This document shows positions 28,348-36,389 of a stretch of 64,000 nt of DNA, in pieces (positions within the stretch are counted from its first letter, which is position 1; each line of letters starts with the position of its first letter). Under the pieces are notes generated by a model that did no database searches, was not told where the DNA came from, and saw nothing but the letters and a program-made list of their open reading frames with translations. The position numbers and the translations under genes are program-made. The stretch is from positions 1 to 64,000 of the IMG/VR virus record IMGVR_UViG_3300037418_003161; one strand, given 5' to 3'. Origin of the DNA: a virus (lineage: Duplodnaviria; Heunggongvirae; Uroviricota; Caudoviricetes).

Positions 28348-28619
28348 ATTTGTTGTAAATCATTTATAAATTTCATCCATCTATTTAACCGCCTTCTTTG
28401 GGCTTTCGTTATCTCATTGTAATATTTGTATCCTTCGTAGCGGTCACACTGTTCAATATCAATATTTAATTTTCGTATAATAGGCATAACATCATAGACT
28501 TCCTCTACTTGAAAATCAATACCAAAATAGATAGCAAGAACATGGTAGATGAACTTGGCCGTCAGGGTTTTTTCCCTGAAGTGTTCAAAATACTTTTCAA
28601 TGAATTCTTCACCCATCAT
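28344..28619 (-). CDS. Hypothetical protein, paralogue of 28609..28962
   Basis: EKY..T.KFIY.VL..YFGI..VYDV..I..KLNI shared; start uncertain. Confidence 0.65.
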   Translation of the reverse strand: MMGEEFIEKYFEHFREKTLTAKFIYHVLAIYFGIDFQVEEVYDVMPIIRKLNIDIEQCDRYEGYKYYNEITKAQRRRLNRWMKFINDLQQI

Positions 28620-28962
28620 TTCTGTAGTGTTTAAGAAAATCATCGAAGGTGCGGTTCTCACTGTCCACCATTAATTTATTCCACCCCTGTTTAACACCTT
28701 CCTCTTTTAAAATCTTTCTTCTTCTTACTCTACCAATAATTTCTCGATATACAAGCTCATGGTCGTGCATGAATTCGTCTACTGCATCAACAGTAATGTT
28801 TAATTTGTCCATGATATCAAAGACATCATACACATTGTAATCATAATTTTTAATTCCAAAATAATCCCTCAGTACTGCATATATAAATTTGGAGGTGACA
28901 TTGGTATTTTGGTATTGATGCATGTATTTTTCAAAAAACTCAAATCTTTTATCGATACTCAT
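28609..28962 (-). CDS. Hypothetical protein, paralogue of 28344..28619
   Basis: Shared motif as above. Confidence 0.65.
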   Translation of the reverse strand: MSIDKRFEFFEKYMHQYQNTNVTSKFIYAVLRDYFGIKNYDYNVYDVFDIMDKLNITVDAVDEFMHDHELVYREIIGRVRRRKILKEEGVKQGWNKLMVDSENRTFDDFLKHYRNDG

Positions 28963-28992
28963 TTTTTTTAAGGTGTTTAATAAATGCTCAAG

Positions 28993-29298
28993 CTATTCTT
29001 CTTCACTGTAAGGAAGGGTTGATAGGGTCTTTTTATTTTGCTCCATTGCATTTCTTTGTAATATCAATCCGTTTATTGTTCTGTATTCAGCCCTGTGTGG
29101 GTGTTGCATACTCAAATAGGTTTTTTCGCTTATCGCAAGTGTAAAACCATATTCTACCAAAATTTTGAGTAGCTTCCACATCTCATCTAATTCTGTAATA
29201 TTGAAATAAAAAAACAATCTTTCCACTTCGTAAGAGGATACCAATTCAAAACCCTGTTGGTGTAAGTACCTTATTAAAAATTTGTACTTTCGTTTCAT
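28993..29298 (-). CDS. Hypothetical protein
   Basis: AT-rich ORF coupled to the upstream stop (ATGA). Confidence 0.6.
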   Translation of the reverse strand: MKRKYKFLIRYLHQQGFELVSSYEVERLFFYFNITELDEMWKLLKILVEYGFTLAISEKTYLSMQHPHRAEYRTINGLILQRNAMEQNKKTLSTLPYSEEE

Positions 29299-30080
29299 AT
29301 CCACTTATATTGTTTGGCGTATTTTATCATCGATTCAATTTCTTCCCGGTAATTGAAAGTTTTATAAATTTTATAGTTGTCATTGTCTTCAAAGAGCCAT
29401 ACCAAATAACAGTTACCAATCTTTAAATTGGTGTTGCGTTCAATGATATATTTGTAGAGGGATAACTGAAGACTATAGGAATTGATTTCACACTCATCCA
29501 AATGTTCAATGGGATGTTTGAAGCGGTTCTTATATGCGCTTTGGGTGGATATTTTTTTATTGCTCTTATAATCCCATATTTCCAACAGGCCGCTCTTCTT
29601 GTTGTAAAACAGTTGGTCAACACAACCGCTGATGCCAAGTTCTACATCTCCAATAATCCATTCTGATTTAATGGGGATGAGGTTTTCTTTGGAGTCGTTG
29701 TAAAACTTATGAAAAAGAGTTACGAGTTTATCAAATTTAGGTTTCATAATATCCACCCCAAACATCTTGATAAACGGCTCACTTCTGTATGGAAAAATTT
29801 TATTATTATAGTAGTCCTCAGCATACTTGTGAATGAGCGTTCCTTTCAAACAAGAGAAGTCTCGTTTAAAATCCCATTCATCCAGCACGTCTTCAGGATT
29901 AAGCCCCTTTCGTTCAGCAAATTCTTCAGCCTTGGTTTCCGAATCAAATTTCTTTTTGAATTTGGCAATGAAGGTTGTGGTGGATACCAGTTGTTTATCC
30001 CCCACGAAATAGGTATGGGGTTCATCGTAATAGGTAATGTTGTTGAACTTTGTCAGTTCTAAGAGTGCGGATATATCCAT
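29295..30080 (-). CDS. PD-(D/E)XK exonuclease
   Basis: HTY, STTT.I, GT.IH..AE, SE..I, GCVDQL, IWDYKSN, YSLQLSLY. Confidence 0.88.
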   Translation of the reverse strand: MDISALLELTKFNNITYYDEPHTYFVGDKQLVSTTTFIAKFKKKFDSETKAEEFAERKGLNPEDVLDEWDFKRDFSCLKGTLIHKYAEDYYNNKIFPYRSEPFIKMFGVDIMKPKFDKLVTLFHKFYNDSKENLIPIKSEWIIGDVELGISGCVDQLFYNKKSGLLEIWDYKSNKKISTQSAYKNRFKHPIEHLDECEINSYSLQLSLYKYIIERNTNLKIGNCYLVWLFEDNDNYKIYKTFNYREEIESMIKYAKQYKWI

Positions 30081-30084
30081 AGGT

Positions 30085-31011
30085 TTAGTATTCCAGTTCC
30101 AAGACCCAATCTTGGTTTATAATGCCTTTTAAATCAGCAATGTCCTTGTCTTCCGGCAACTTAATGGCTTTGATTCGTCTGTGCAGCCGTCCTCCATTGA
30201 GTTTAGCGTATAACAGTTCGGAATTGCGCCATGCGTCCCCATCTAATAATATGTAGATATCGGCCTGAGCCTCATTGTAGAGGCGTGACCACAAATAATC
30301 CGACATAAACTTTCCAAGCAGGGCAATGGAGTTAGGTACGAATATGGAGTCAAATGCACCTTCTACCAAATAAACATCCTGAGTCCAATCAATCAAACCC
30401 TCGTTGAAAATGATGGTTTCTTTTTCGGCTTCCGGGTTTTTGTACTTCTGTTTGTGTCCCACATAGCTCCGACCTACGAAATAATTCAGGGTTTTATCCC
30501 GGTCAAAAGACGGTATGATGATGCGGCCCCCGTATTCACCATCAGGACAAAAGCCAATGCTGTATTTGTTTAATTGTTCGTCCGTGATGGAACGGCTTTT
30601 GATGTAATTTTCGGCTTGTTTGTAATAGTGGGTCAGCTTGAGGCTTTCGGTGACATCTGCAAACCGGATGAATTCTTTGGGAAGACGAACCTTGTGGTAT
30701 TTCTTCTTCTCCGGCTGGATTTCTTCCGGCATTAGCAGTTCCAGTTGTTTATATTGTGCCTTTGTCCCCCACTTTTTAACAAGCATGTATAGGTTGCCAG
30801 ATGTGTTATGGGTTTCATAACAACTCCAACATTTATACACACCCTTCTCCAAGTTTACTTCGAAGTTTCCCTTCCCATCACCCTCGTCCAACCCCTTTAT
30901 TTCGTATGAACATACCGGGCAATCAAACGCCAACTGTCCCCGGTAGCTCTGTCGTTTGGAATTTCCAAGGATATCGGTAAGTATTTCAACGAGTAACGAA
31001 AAATCATCCAC
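30085..31011 (-). CDS. dnaG: DNA primase (Zn finger + TOPRIM)
   Basis: CPVC...CWSC, RIIIPS, YFVGR, KYKNP, LVEGAFD, LLDGDA, KDIAD. Confidence 0.9.
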   Translation of the reverse strand: MDDFSLLVEILTDILGNSKRQSYRGQLAFDCPVCSYEIKGLDEGDGKGNFEVNLEKGVYKCWSCYETHNTSGNLYMLVKKWGTKAQYKQLELLMPEEIQPEKKKYHKVRLPKEFIRFADVTESLKLTHYYKQAENYIKSRSITDEQLNKYSIGFCPDGEYGGRIIIPSFDRDKTLNYFVGRSYVGHKQKYKNPEAEKETIIFNEGLIDWTQDVYLVEGAFDSIFVPNSIALLGKFMSDYLWSRLYNEAQADIYILLDGDAWRNSELLYAKLNGGRLHRRIKAIKLPEDKDIADLKGIINQDWVLELEY

Positions 31012-31016
31012 AGGAA

Positions 31017-31045
31017 AACATAAGAAAATATTTCCACAAAATCAA
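31017..31045 (-). promoter_or_regulatory. sigma70-like promoter TTGATT-N17-TATGTT, 5 nt before the GTG of primase
   Basis: Same geometry as the 1469 and 23087 promoters. Confidence 0.65.
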
Positions 31046-31058
31046 TAGCTTTGGGTAT

Positions 31059-31361
31059 ATGGCGCAACCAACTGAATTTGGAAAACAATACACGCTCACA
31101 ACGGAGTTAACCAAAAAATTTATAAAAGCCTATTTTACTTGTCAAAAAGTTAAAGAAATAATGGGCGAAAATATAGTCCTACACGCCATGTTTTTCAACA
31201 CCCCGTTTTGGGATAGGGATGAAAAGATGTGTTACGTAAAATTTCTTTTAAGCTCCAATATAAAATTGTTGAGTTATGAAAAGCTGAAATCAGGATATCG
31301 CTTGCAACATATGGTTCAAACTTATTTTCCGTTATACTGTGAGGTTGAGTGGTGTGGTTAA
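31059..31361 (+). CDS. Hypothetical protein
   Basis: Divergent ORF ending at a hairpin. Confidence 0.6.
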   Translation: MAQPTEFGKQYTLTTELTKKFIKAYFTCQKVKEIMGENIVLHAMFFNTPFWDRDEKMCYVKFLLSSNIKLLSYEKLKSGYRLQHMVQTYFPLYCEVEWCG

Positions 31362-31387
31362 CAAAAATCCCCGGAAGTTCCGGGGAT
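31362..31387. terminator. Hairpin between convergent genes
   Basis: ATCCCCGGAA/TTCCGGGGAT inverted repeat with a T-run on the minus strand. Confidence 0.65.
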
Positions 31388-31390
31388 GTG

Positions 31391-31531
31391 CTATTTGTTC
31401 TTCAACTCCATTAAGAGGCTTACTATCAAACCTATGGAGACGGCGATTGCAAAGGCTAAAAAGGTGAAGCCCAAGGCAATCATCCAAATTATTGTAAATA
31501 CAATGGTAAACCAAGTCCAAGTCCAAATCAT
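31391..31531 (-). CDS. Small hydrophobic membrane protein (46 aa)
   Basis: MIWTWTWFTIVFTIIW...; fills the gap before the terminator. Confidence 0.5.
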   Translation of the reverse strand: MIWTWTWFTIVFTIIWMIALGFTFLAFAIAVSIGLIVSLLMELKNK

Positions 31532-31548
31532 AAAATATAGTTTTAAAA

Positions 31549-32133
31549 TTAAAGAATTACTAATATGGCCCAATTGAAGCCGTTATCGTGTGAGTATTCA
31601 AAATCTACTGATTCCAAATTCAGAAAGTCAATGTTGCGCCTTTTAAGGTTATCAATCACATAATTCGGGATTGGAGTACCCGGTTGGTTTGCGCCCTTAT
31701 CAATCACATATTGAAGGCTGAAATTGTCATAGTAGAGACGGTCGGCCTCGCTTGCTTCCCGGACTTTACCGGAATAAAGTACCCGGACAAGGGTTTTGGT
31801 ATATACCCGGCCATCATAAACCAAGTAGACCATAGTACGCAATTCTTTGAAGAATTTTTTTTGGACAAGTCGGGGAACACCGTAGGGTGTGGAAGTCAGG
31901 CCGTGACCTGAAATGGGAATGATTGGGGCTTCCGAAGCATCATAATACTTTCTTCCACCCTCTTCTCTGATTTTACAGTCCTTAAGGCGTACAATAACTA
32001 CATTGTGGGGCTTAATGCCTTTTATGTTGGTGGAATTCCGACTTTTCGGGACATATTGCTCACCGATTTTGGCGTATCTCCACCCAAGGTCTTTGTTCAG
32101 GCGGTAGCCATAAGTGGGGGATTTTCTTTTCAT
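31549..32133 (-). CDS. Hypothetical early protein
   Basis: 194-aa basic ORF downstream of a Bacteroidota-type promoter. Confidence 0.7.
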   Translation of the reverse strand: MKRKSPTYGYRLNKDLGWRYAKIGEQYVPKSRNSTNIKGIKPHNVVIVRLKDCKIREEGGRKYYDASEAPIIPISGHGLTSTPYGVPRLVQKKFFKELRTMVYLVYDGRVYTKTLVRVLYSGKVREASEADRLYYDNFSLQYVIDKGANQPGTPIPNYVIDNLKRRNIDFLNLESVDFEYSHDNGFNWAILVIL

Positions 32134-32154
32134 ATTGATGTTTGTTTCTTAAAA

Positions 32155-32187
32155 CAAAGATAAAACAACTTTTTTCAATCCTCCAAA
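32155..32187 (-). promoter_or_regulatory. Bacteroidota-type promoter TTTG-N21-TATCTTTG
   Basis: Both elements read directly. Confidence 0.65.
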
Positions 32188-32206
32188 ATATTTTTTTTCT
32201 TTGTTT

Positions 32207-32236
32207 TAAAAAAAGACCTCTGTAGAAACAGAGGTC
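32207..32236 (-). terminator. Intrinsic terminator
   Basis: GACCTCTG/CAGAGGTC stem followed by a T-run on the minus strand. Confidence 0.78.
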
Positions 32237-32279
32237 GTAAACCCAATAGGTCAAATGACCATAAAATCATTTAACAGAA

Positions 32280-32310
32280 CAAAGATAAAGTAAATTTCTT
32301 ATACCTCAAA
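32280..32310 (-). promoter_or_regulatory. Bacteroidota-type promoter TTTG-N19-TATCTTTG driving a short transcript
   Basis: Both elements read directly; terminator about 45 nt downstream. Confidence 0.65.
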
Positions 32311-32342
32311 ACCAAAATCAAACCATGTTTCCCTATAAATAT

Positions 32343-32377
32343 AAAAATCCCGGAAGCCGTCAGACTTTCCGGGATTT
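32343..32377 (-). terminator. Intrinsic terminator
   Basis: AAATCCCGGAA/TTCCGGGATTT stem with a T-run on the minus strand. Confidence 0.7.
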
Positions 32378-32397
32378 ACCAACCTAAACCAGTGTTT

Positions 32398-32526
32398 TTA
32401 AGGTGTGTCTAAAAGTTCTTCCAGTTTTAAAATAACCTTATCTCGTAAACTTGTATTTCCATTGGCCGAAGCCACTGTCAACAATTGAGTTAGGACTGTA
32501 ATGGTGTTTAATTGTTCTTGTGTCAT
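32398..32526 (-). CDS. Small protein (42 aa, MTQEQLNTITVLTQLLTVASANGNTSLRDKVILKLEELLDTP)
   Basis: Manual translation; preceded by AAAGGAGG and followed by a terminator. Confidence 0.55.
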   Translation of the reverse strand: MTQEQLNTITVLTQLLTVASANGNTSLRDKVILKLEELLDTP

Positions 32527-32541
32527 TTTTCCTCCTTTATT

Positions 32542-32859
32542 TTATTCATATAGCCGTAAACGCACGTTGCGGTTGGTTTTATCCAACCATTCTTGTTCTT
32601 TTTCAATCAGTAACTTCACCAACTCCGGTTTAGGTAGGGTATCATCAACTTCTTCTTTAACTTCGAATGAAAAGTTTTCAATACCATATTTTTTAATTGC
32701 GTTACGTAATAATAAACTCCCTTTACCGTATCTATGTTGATTCCATCTACGTTCAATATCAATTGATTGCCCAACATATCTTTTTCCATTAACATTGTTA
32801 GTGACAATGTAAATCCCACTTATCGGTGTTTTTCGCAATCGTCTTACAACTTTATCCAT
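32542..32859 (-). CDS. GIY-YIG endonuclease domain (short, no C-terminal DNA-binding domain)
   Basis: SGIYIVTN..NGKRYVGQS.DIERRW.QH...AIKKYG.ENF.FE...E. Confidence 0.85.
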   Translation of the reverse strand: MDKVVRRLRKTPISGIYIVTNNVNGKRYVGQSIDIERRWNQHRYGKGSLLLRNAIKKYGIENFSFEVKEEVDDTLPKPELVKLLIEKEQEWLDKTNRNVRLRLYE

Positions 32860-32907
32860 GCTTATAAATATACCATTTGTGAGAAAATACCATTACACTT
32901 GTGAACA

Positions 32908-33519
32908 TCATTTATCATCATGCAATTTATTATACCAACCTATTCCGGCAGCATACGCATCAGACATATCGAAATTTTCTTTTTTTAATGTTCCAGTTTT
33001 GGTGTAAAACCATTCCACTTGAGGTTCTTTGGCGGCTACCAGTTCCCACACAATTTGCTTCTTATCAACACCTTTTTCGTAAGCACCAAACAAAACCTTT
33101 GTCCCTTTGGGATTGGGTTGAACCAGTTCCGGGAATGCATATTTTCGGGAATTATAAGTGGAAATGAAATTGGGAACGATTCCAAAGACTTCCCACACTG
33201 CTTTCGTTATAAGAGTATTATAACGGAGAAGAGTTCCGACAGTATAAACGTTATTGGAATTTAAGAGGGGTTCTTCAATAATAACCTTAACAATACCGAA
33301 ATTTTGATAATCCAAGAGGGTTTTTTTAAAGGCTTCTGCCTTTTTAATCAGTTCTTCAATTTTATCTTCCGGTTGTGGCTTAATCTTGGGTGAGAAATGT
33401 TTGAGTTCTAACAACTTCATATCCTTCATTTCAAACAGGGCAAATCCAATGGTTTTTGTGGACACGTCCAAACCCAAAATTTTTGGTGAGTTTTTTAATT
33501 TAGCAATATTGTTATCCAT
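32908..33519 (-). CDS. RuvC-like Holliday junction resolvase
   Basis: ILGLDVSTKTIGFA, IIEEP, DKK, FDMSDAY. Confidence 0.8.
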   Translation of the reverse strand: MDNNIAKLKNSPKILGLDVSTKTIGFALFEMKDMKLLELKHFSPKIKPQPEDKIEELIKKAEAFKKTLLDYQNFGIVKVIIEEPLLNSNNVYTVGTLLRYNTLITKAVWEVFGIVPNFISTYNSRKYAFPELVQPNPKGTKVLFGAYEKGVDKKQIVWELVAAKEPQVEWFYTKTGTLKKENFDMSDAYAAGIGWYNKLHDDK

Positions 33520-33549
33520 TTGTTTTCATAGGATTTAAAATCCTTTCAA

Positions 33550-33578
33550 AACTTATTGGAAAACAACATATTTGTAAA
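33550..33578 (-). promoter_or_regulatory. sigma70-like promoter TTTACA-N17-TAAGTT
   Basis: Read directly upstream of the resolvase. Confidence 0.45.
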
Positions 33579-33585
33579 GACTATA

Positions 33586-34011
33586 TTATTTATTCTTATA
33601 AATTTTTATATTGATTTTGCTTTGGGGGTGTAGCCCCAACCCAAACTTTTCCATTTCATCCTCGAATATTTGTATGAGTTTTGTGGAGACCCACTTGAAC
33701 CATGCCTGTGATGGAGGTTTATTTCGAAACCTATCATCTAAACTAATGTTTTCATCAAACACTTTGTCGTATATTTCTGATGTGGGGAGAATATATGCGG
33801 TAGCTTGAACAATCACTAAATCCCAATTGGGATTATGTGCCCAATCTTGGGTAAGTTTGGGGTCAGTGAAAATTACATGTAATTCATAATCATAGCGACT
33901 TACATCCGTCATGCTTATCATATGAGGATGACCTATCAGAGTTGATTCACAATATTTCTTGAATTTGTTGAATTTAAGACCGCTAATTGATTCTTGGATT
34001 AACCTTCTCAT
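33586..34011 (-). CDS. Hypothetical protein (N-terminal MRRLIQES)
   Basis: One of three coupled AT-rich ORFs with a shared N-terminal MxxxIxE motif. Confidence 0.65.
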   Translation of the reverse strand: MRRLIQESISGLKFNKFKKYCESTLIGHPHMISMTDVSRYDYELHVIFTDPKLTQDWAHNPNWDLVIVQATAYILPTSEIYDKVFDENISLDDRFRNKPPSQAWFKWVSTKLIQIFEDEMEKFGLGLHPQSKINIKIYKNK

Positions 34012-34448
34012 AGTTTTATTCCTCCATAATCAATGTCGATACGAACGCCAAACATTTTTAGTCCATAATTATCACAATAGTCAGTAAGTTTAGAATTTAA
34101 ATCTTTTGTTATACCCTCCCTTACCCGGTTATTTTTTGTACCCCAAAGTAATTCAACATAGTAATCAATCGAAAACCAATCATATTCATCTGCTGCGTAT
34201 TCTTCACCATCTTCATTTTCTGCCCATACCTCCATAAATAATGAAGAGTCTTCACTTACACTAACCTCAATTGAGATATAAAGCAACCTATCGTTCACAT
34301 TAAACTCAAAGTCCGTAACACTATATAAAATTTCATAATCTTCCTCCTCAAACGCAGTTTGTTCCTGACCCACCAATTCTTTTCGAACCCTTTGCTCCCA
34401 ATGGTCAACCACTTTATCAAAAACAGCTTCTTTAATTATTTTCTTCAT
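34008..34448 (-). CDS. Acidic hypothetical protein (N-terminal MKKIIKEA)
   Basis: As above. Confidence 0.65.
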   Translation of the reverse strand: MKKIIKEAVFDKVVDHWEQRVRKELVGQEQTAFEEEDYEILYSVTDFEFNVNDRLLYISIEVSVSEDSSLFMEVWAENEDGEEYAADEYDWFSIDYYVELLWGTKNNRVREGITKDLNSKLTDYCDNYGLKMFGVRIDIDYGGIKL

Positions 34449-34845
34449 CTGTAAATTCGATTCTTATATCAATATATATTGCTATCACTTCTGCGATATC
34501 ATTAATGGTATCTTTACAATATCTTTTGATTTCCATTCCAAACCAAGTTTCACTTATTTTAGTTCTTTCAGAAAATATTTCAAAATAAGTTTTTAGATTA
34601 ACCACTTCAGAACCGTATTCATCAGAAAGCGAAATTGTGCTTTCAGGATTCACATCAACGTTTAGAATTATTATGAATAAATCTTTACCAAGTTTAGACC
34701 TTCGAAAATCAATACTTAAAATTTTGAACATGATATTATCATATTCGTCATGAATATGATGTTCCCCAACAAGTCTTCGTTGAAACAAGGCTTCAATTTT
34801 TTTGAACTTTATATCATCAATTGCTTCTTTAATTTGTTGTCTCAT
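34432..34845 (-). CDS. Hypothetical protein (N-terminal MRQQIKEA)
   Basis: As above. Confidence 0.65.
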   Translation of the reverse strand: MRQQIKEAIDDIKFKKIEALFQRRLVGEHHIHDEYDNIMFKILSIDFRRSKLGKDLFIIILNVDVNPESTISLSDEYGSEVVNLKTYFEIFSERTKISETWFGMEIKRYCKDTINDIAEVIAIYIDIRIEFTDEENN

Positions 34846-36377
34846 TAAAAGTCGATTTTAACCGCAAACTGTTGGAAGCCGATTCTTTCCACCGGGTGGG
34901 TGGCTTTGGCAATCACCAGTAATTCTTTGGCCTCATTATATAAACCCACATCGGTTATTCTTGCATTCACCCCCGGAATTTTGGTAGGGTTTTGTGAAGT
35001 TACGAATTGGGTTGCCGGAAGGTTTACAATGAAATTCATCTCATGAATGTTGGTGGCTCTTGTGGCTTTTACAGACCCCGGAAGGGTGGTTTCTCCACCA
35101 AACTGCTGCGTACCTGTCCATTCGTAAACCGTACCATTTTCATACATCGCCTTGGTCAGAATGATTTGATACCCGGTGATGTTGGACGGTGTTAAGTTGC
35201 CGGATACACCGGGCAGTTGGGAAGTCACATCCACTTCAATCCAGCCATCCGATACTGGCAAATCCCCATGGTCAACTACTTGCACCAATAGACTCAGGGC
35301 AGTGGCCGTGAAATCCAAGTTCAGAGATTGTAGTTCATTACCAAATTTTACCGACACATTGGTTTCTCCGGCAATACCCGGCAATTTACAATAGTAGTTG
35401 CAGGGCAGCGAACCATCATCAAATTTATAGGTTATCCATACATCCTTGGTTGTTCCAGAAAGCAAACAAGTACTACCCGAATCCGGGGAGCAGGGAAGGT
35501 CAGGGGGAACATAATTTAACCGGGGAGCAGGAAGTGTCCACGTCCTTGTTGTTCCGCTACTTAACGCCGCACCGATTTCTTGGTCGTCAATTGCAATAAC
35601 TCTTTTACCCACAAAAATCTTCCCCACCTTATGGCCTCCGGCATCAACAAGGTACATGAACTTTTCTCCAAGACTTGCTGACTCGTTGACGGCTGATTTA
35701 ACATATCCTCCTTTACTGGACATATAAAACTTAGCCCCAATGGTTGCTCCACTGCTTCTGTGGTAGGAAAGTGTGGCAAGGTTCAGTTCAAAATAACTTT
35801 GGGCTTCTGCATCATGGGCTAACCAATCTTCATAATCATCATAGTTTTCCCCCGAATAGTGGATGAGTGCCAATGTGTGTTGTTCGTTGGGGGGAACAAT
35901 GATTTCATCCCCCAACGAATTTACATATGAGGTTTGGGTGTTGTTTGTTTGACCACTTAGGGATGTATACCCAAAATATTCCTTGGCTGAAGCATAGGCA
36001 TTGGAGGGGTAGGAGGTCAACCCACTTGTTGAATCATCCAACCCTGCGGGTTTTTGCGTCCATACCACGTTTAGCTTCCAAGGTTTATCCGGGTCACACA
36101 CGAAATCTTCCGTAAGCGTGGTGGTGCTGTGGTCAGCCGTTAATGTACCGTAATCCAGTTTGGTAACGGTATCCAAAAGTAGAGGATATTTTAAATCCAA
36201 GTCCAGTTCAGCCGGATGCATTACGTACTCATCCAAGGTGGCAAAATTGTAATCATACTCCGAGTCTCCCACCTTGAAATAGAGTAGGGAAAAATTTCCC
36301 TCAGAGATTCTTTTTCTACCCAAGTCCGTAACCTTGGCAGATAAACATTCGATTATATTCTTATCTAAAAACGACAT
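34845..36377 (-). CDS. Tail/baseplate structural protein
   Basis: N-terminal AKVTDLGRKRI..G.F....F.VGDSEYDY and C-terminal SQNPT...RITDVGLYN..KELLVIAK..PV.R...VKIDF, typical of large-phage baseplate/tail-collar proteins. Confidence 0.7.
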   Translation of the reverse strand: MSFLDKNIIECLSAKVTDLGRKRISEGNFSLLYFKVGDSEYDYNFATLDEYVMHPAELDLDLKYPLLLDTVTKLDYGTLTADHSTTTLTEDFVCDPDKPWKLNVVWTQKPAGLDDSTSGLTSYPSNAYASAKEYFGYTSLSGQTNNTQTSYVNSLGDEIIVPPNEQHTLALIHYSGENYDDYEDWLAHDAEAQSYFELNLATLSYHRSSGATIGAKFYMSSKGGYVKSAVNESASLGEKFMYLVDAGGHKVGKIFVGKRVIAIDDQEIGAALSSGTTRTWTLPAPRLNYVPPDLPCSPDSGSTCLLSGTTKDVWITYKFDDGSLPCNYYCKLPGIAGETNVSVKFGNELQSLNLDFTATALSLLVQVVDHGDLPVSDGWIEVDVTSQLPGVSGNLTPSNITGYQIILTKAMYENGTVYEWTGTQQFGGETTLPGSVKATRATNIHEMNFIVNLPATQFVTSQNPTKIPGVNARITDVGLYNEAKELLVIAKATHPVERIGFQQFAVKIDF

Positions 36378-36389
36378 AACAATTTTTTA

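Noticed and set aside
29295-30080. Cas4 of a CRISPR system
   Set aside because: Stand-alone PD-(D/E)XK nuclease beside primase, without the Cas4 Fe-S cysteine cluster or other cas genes
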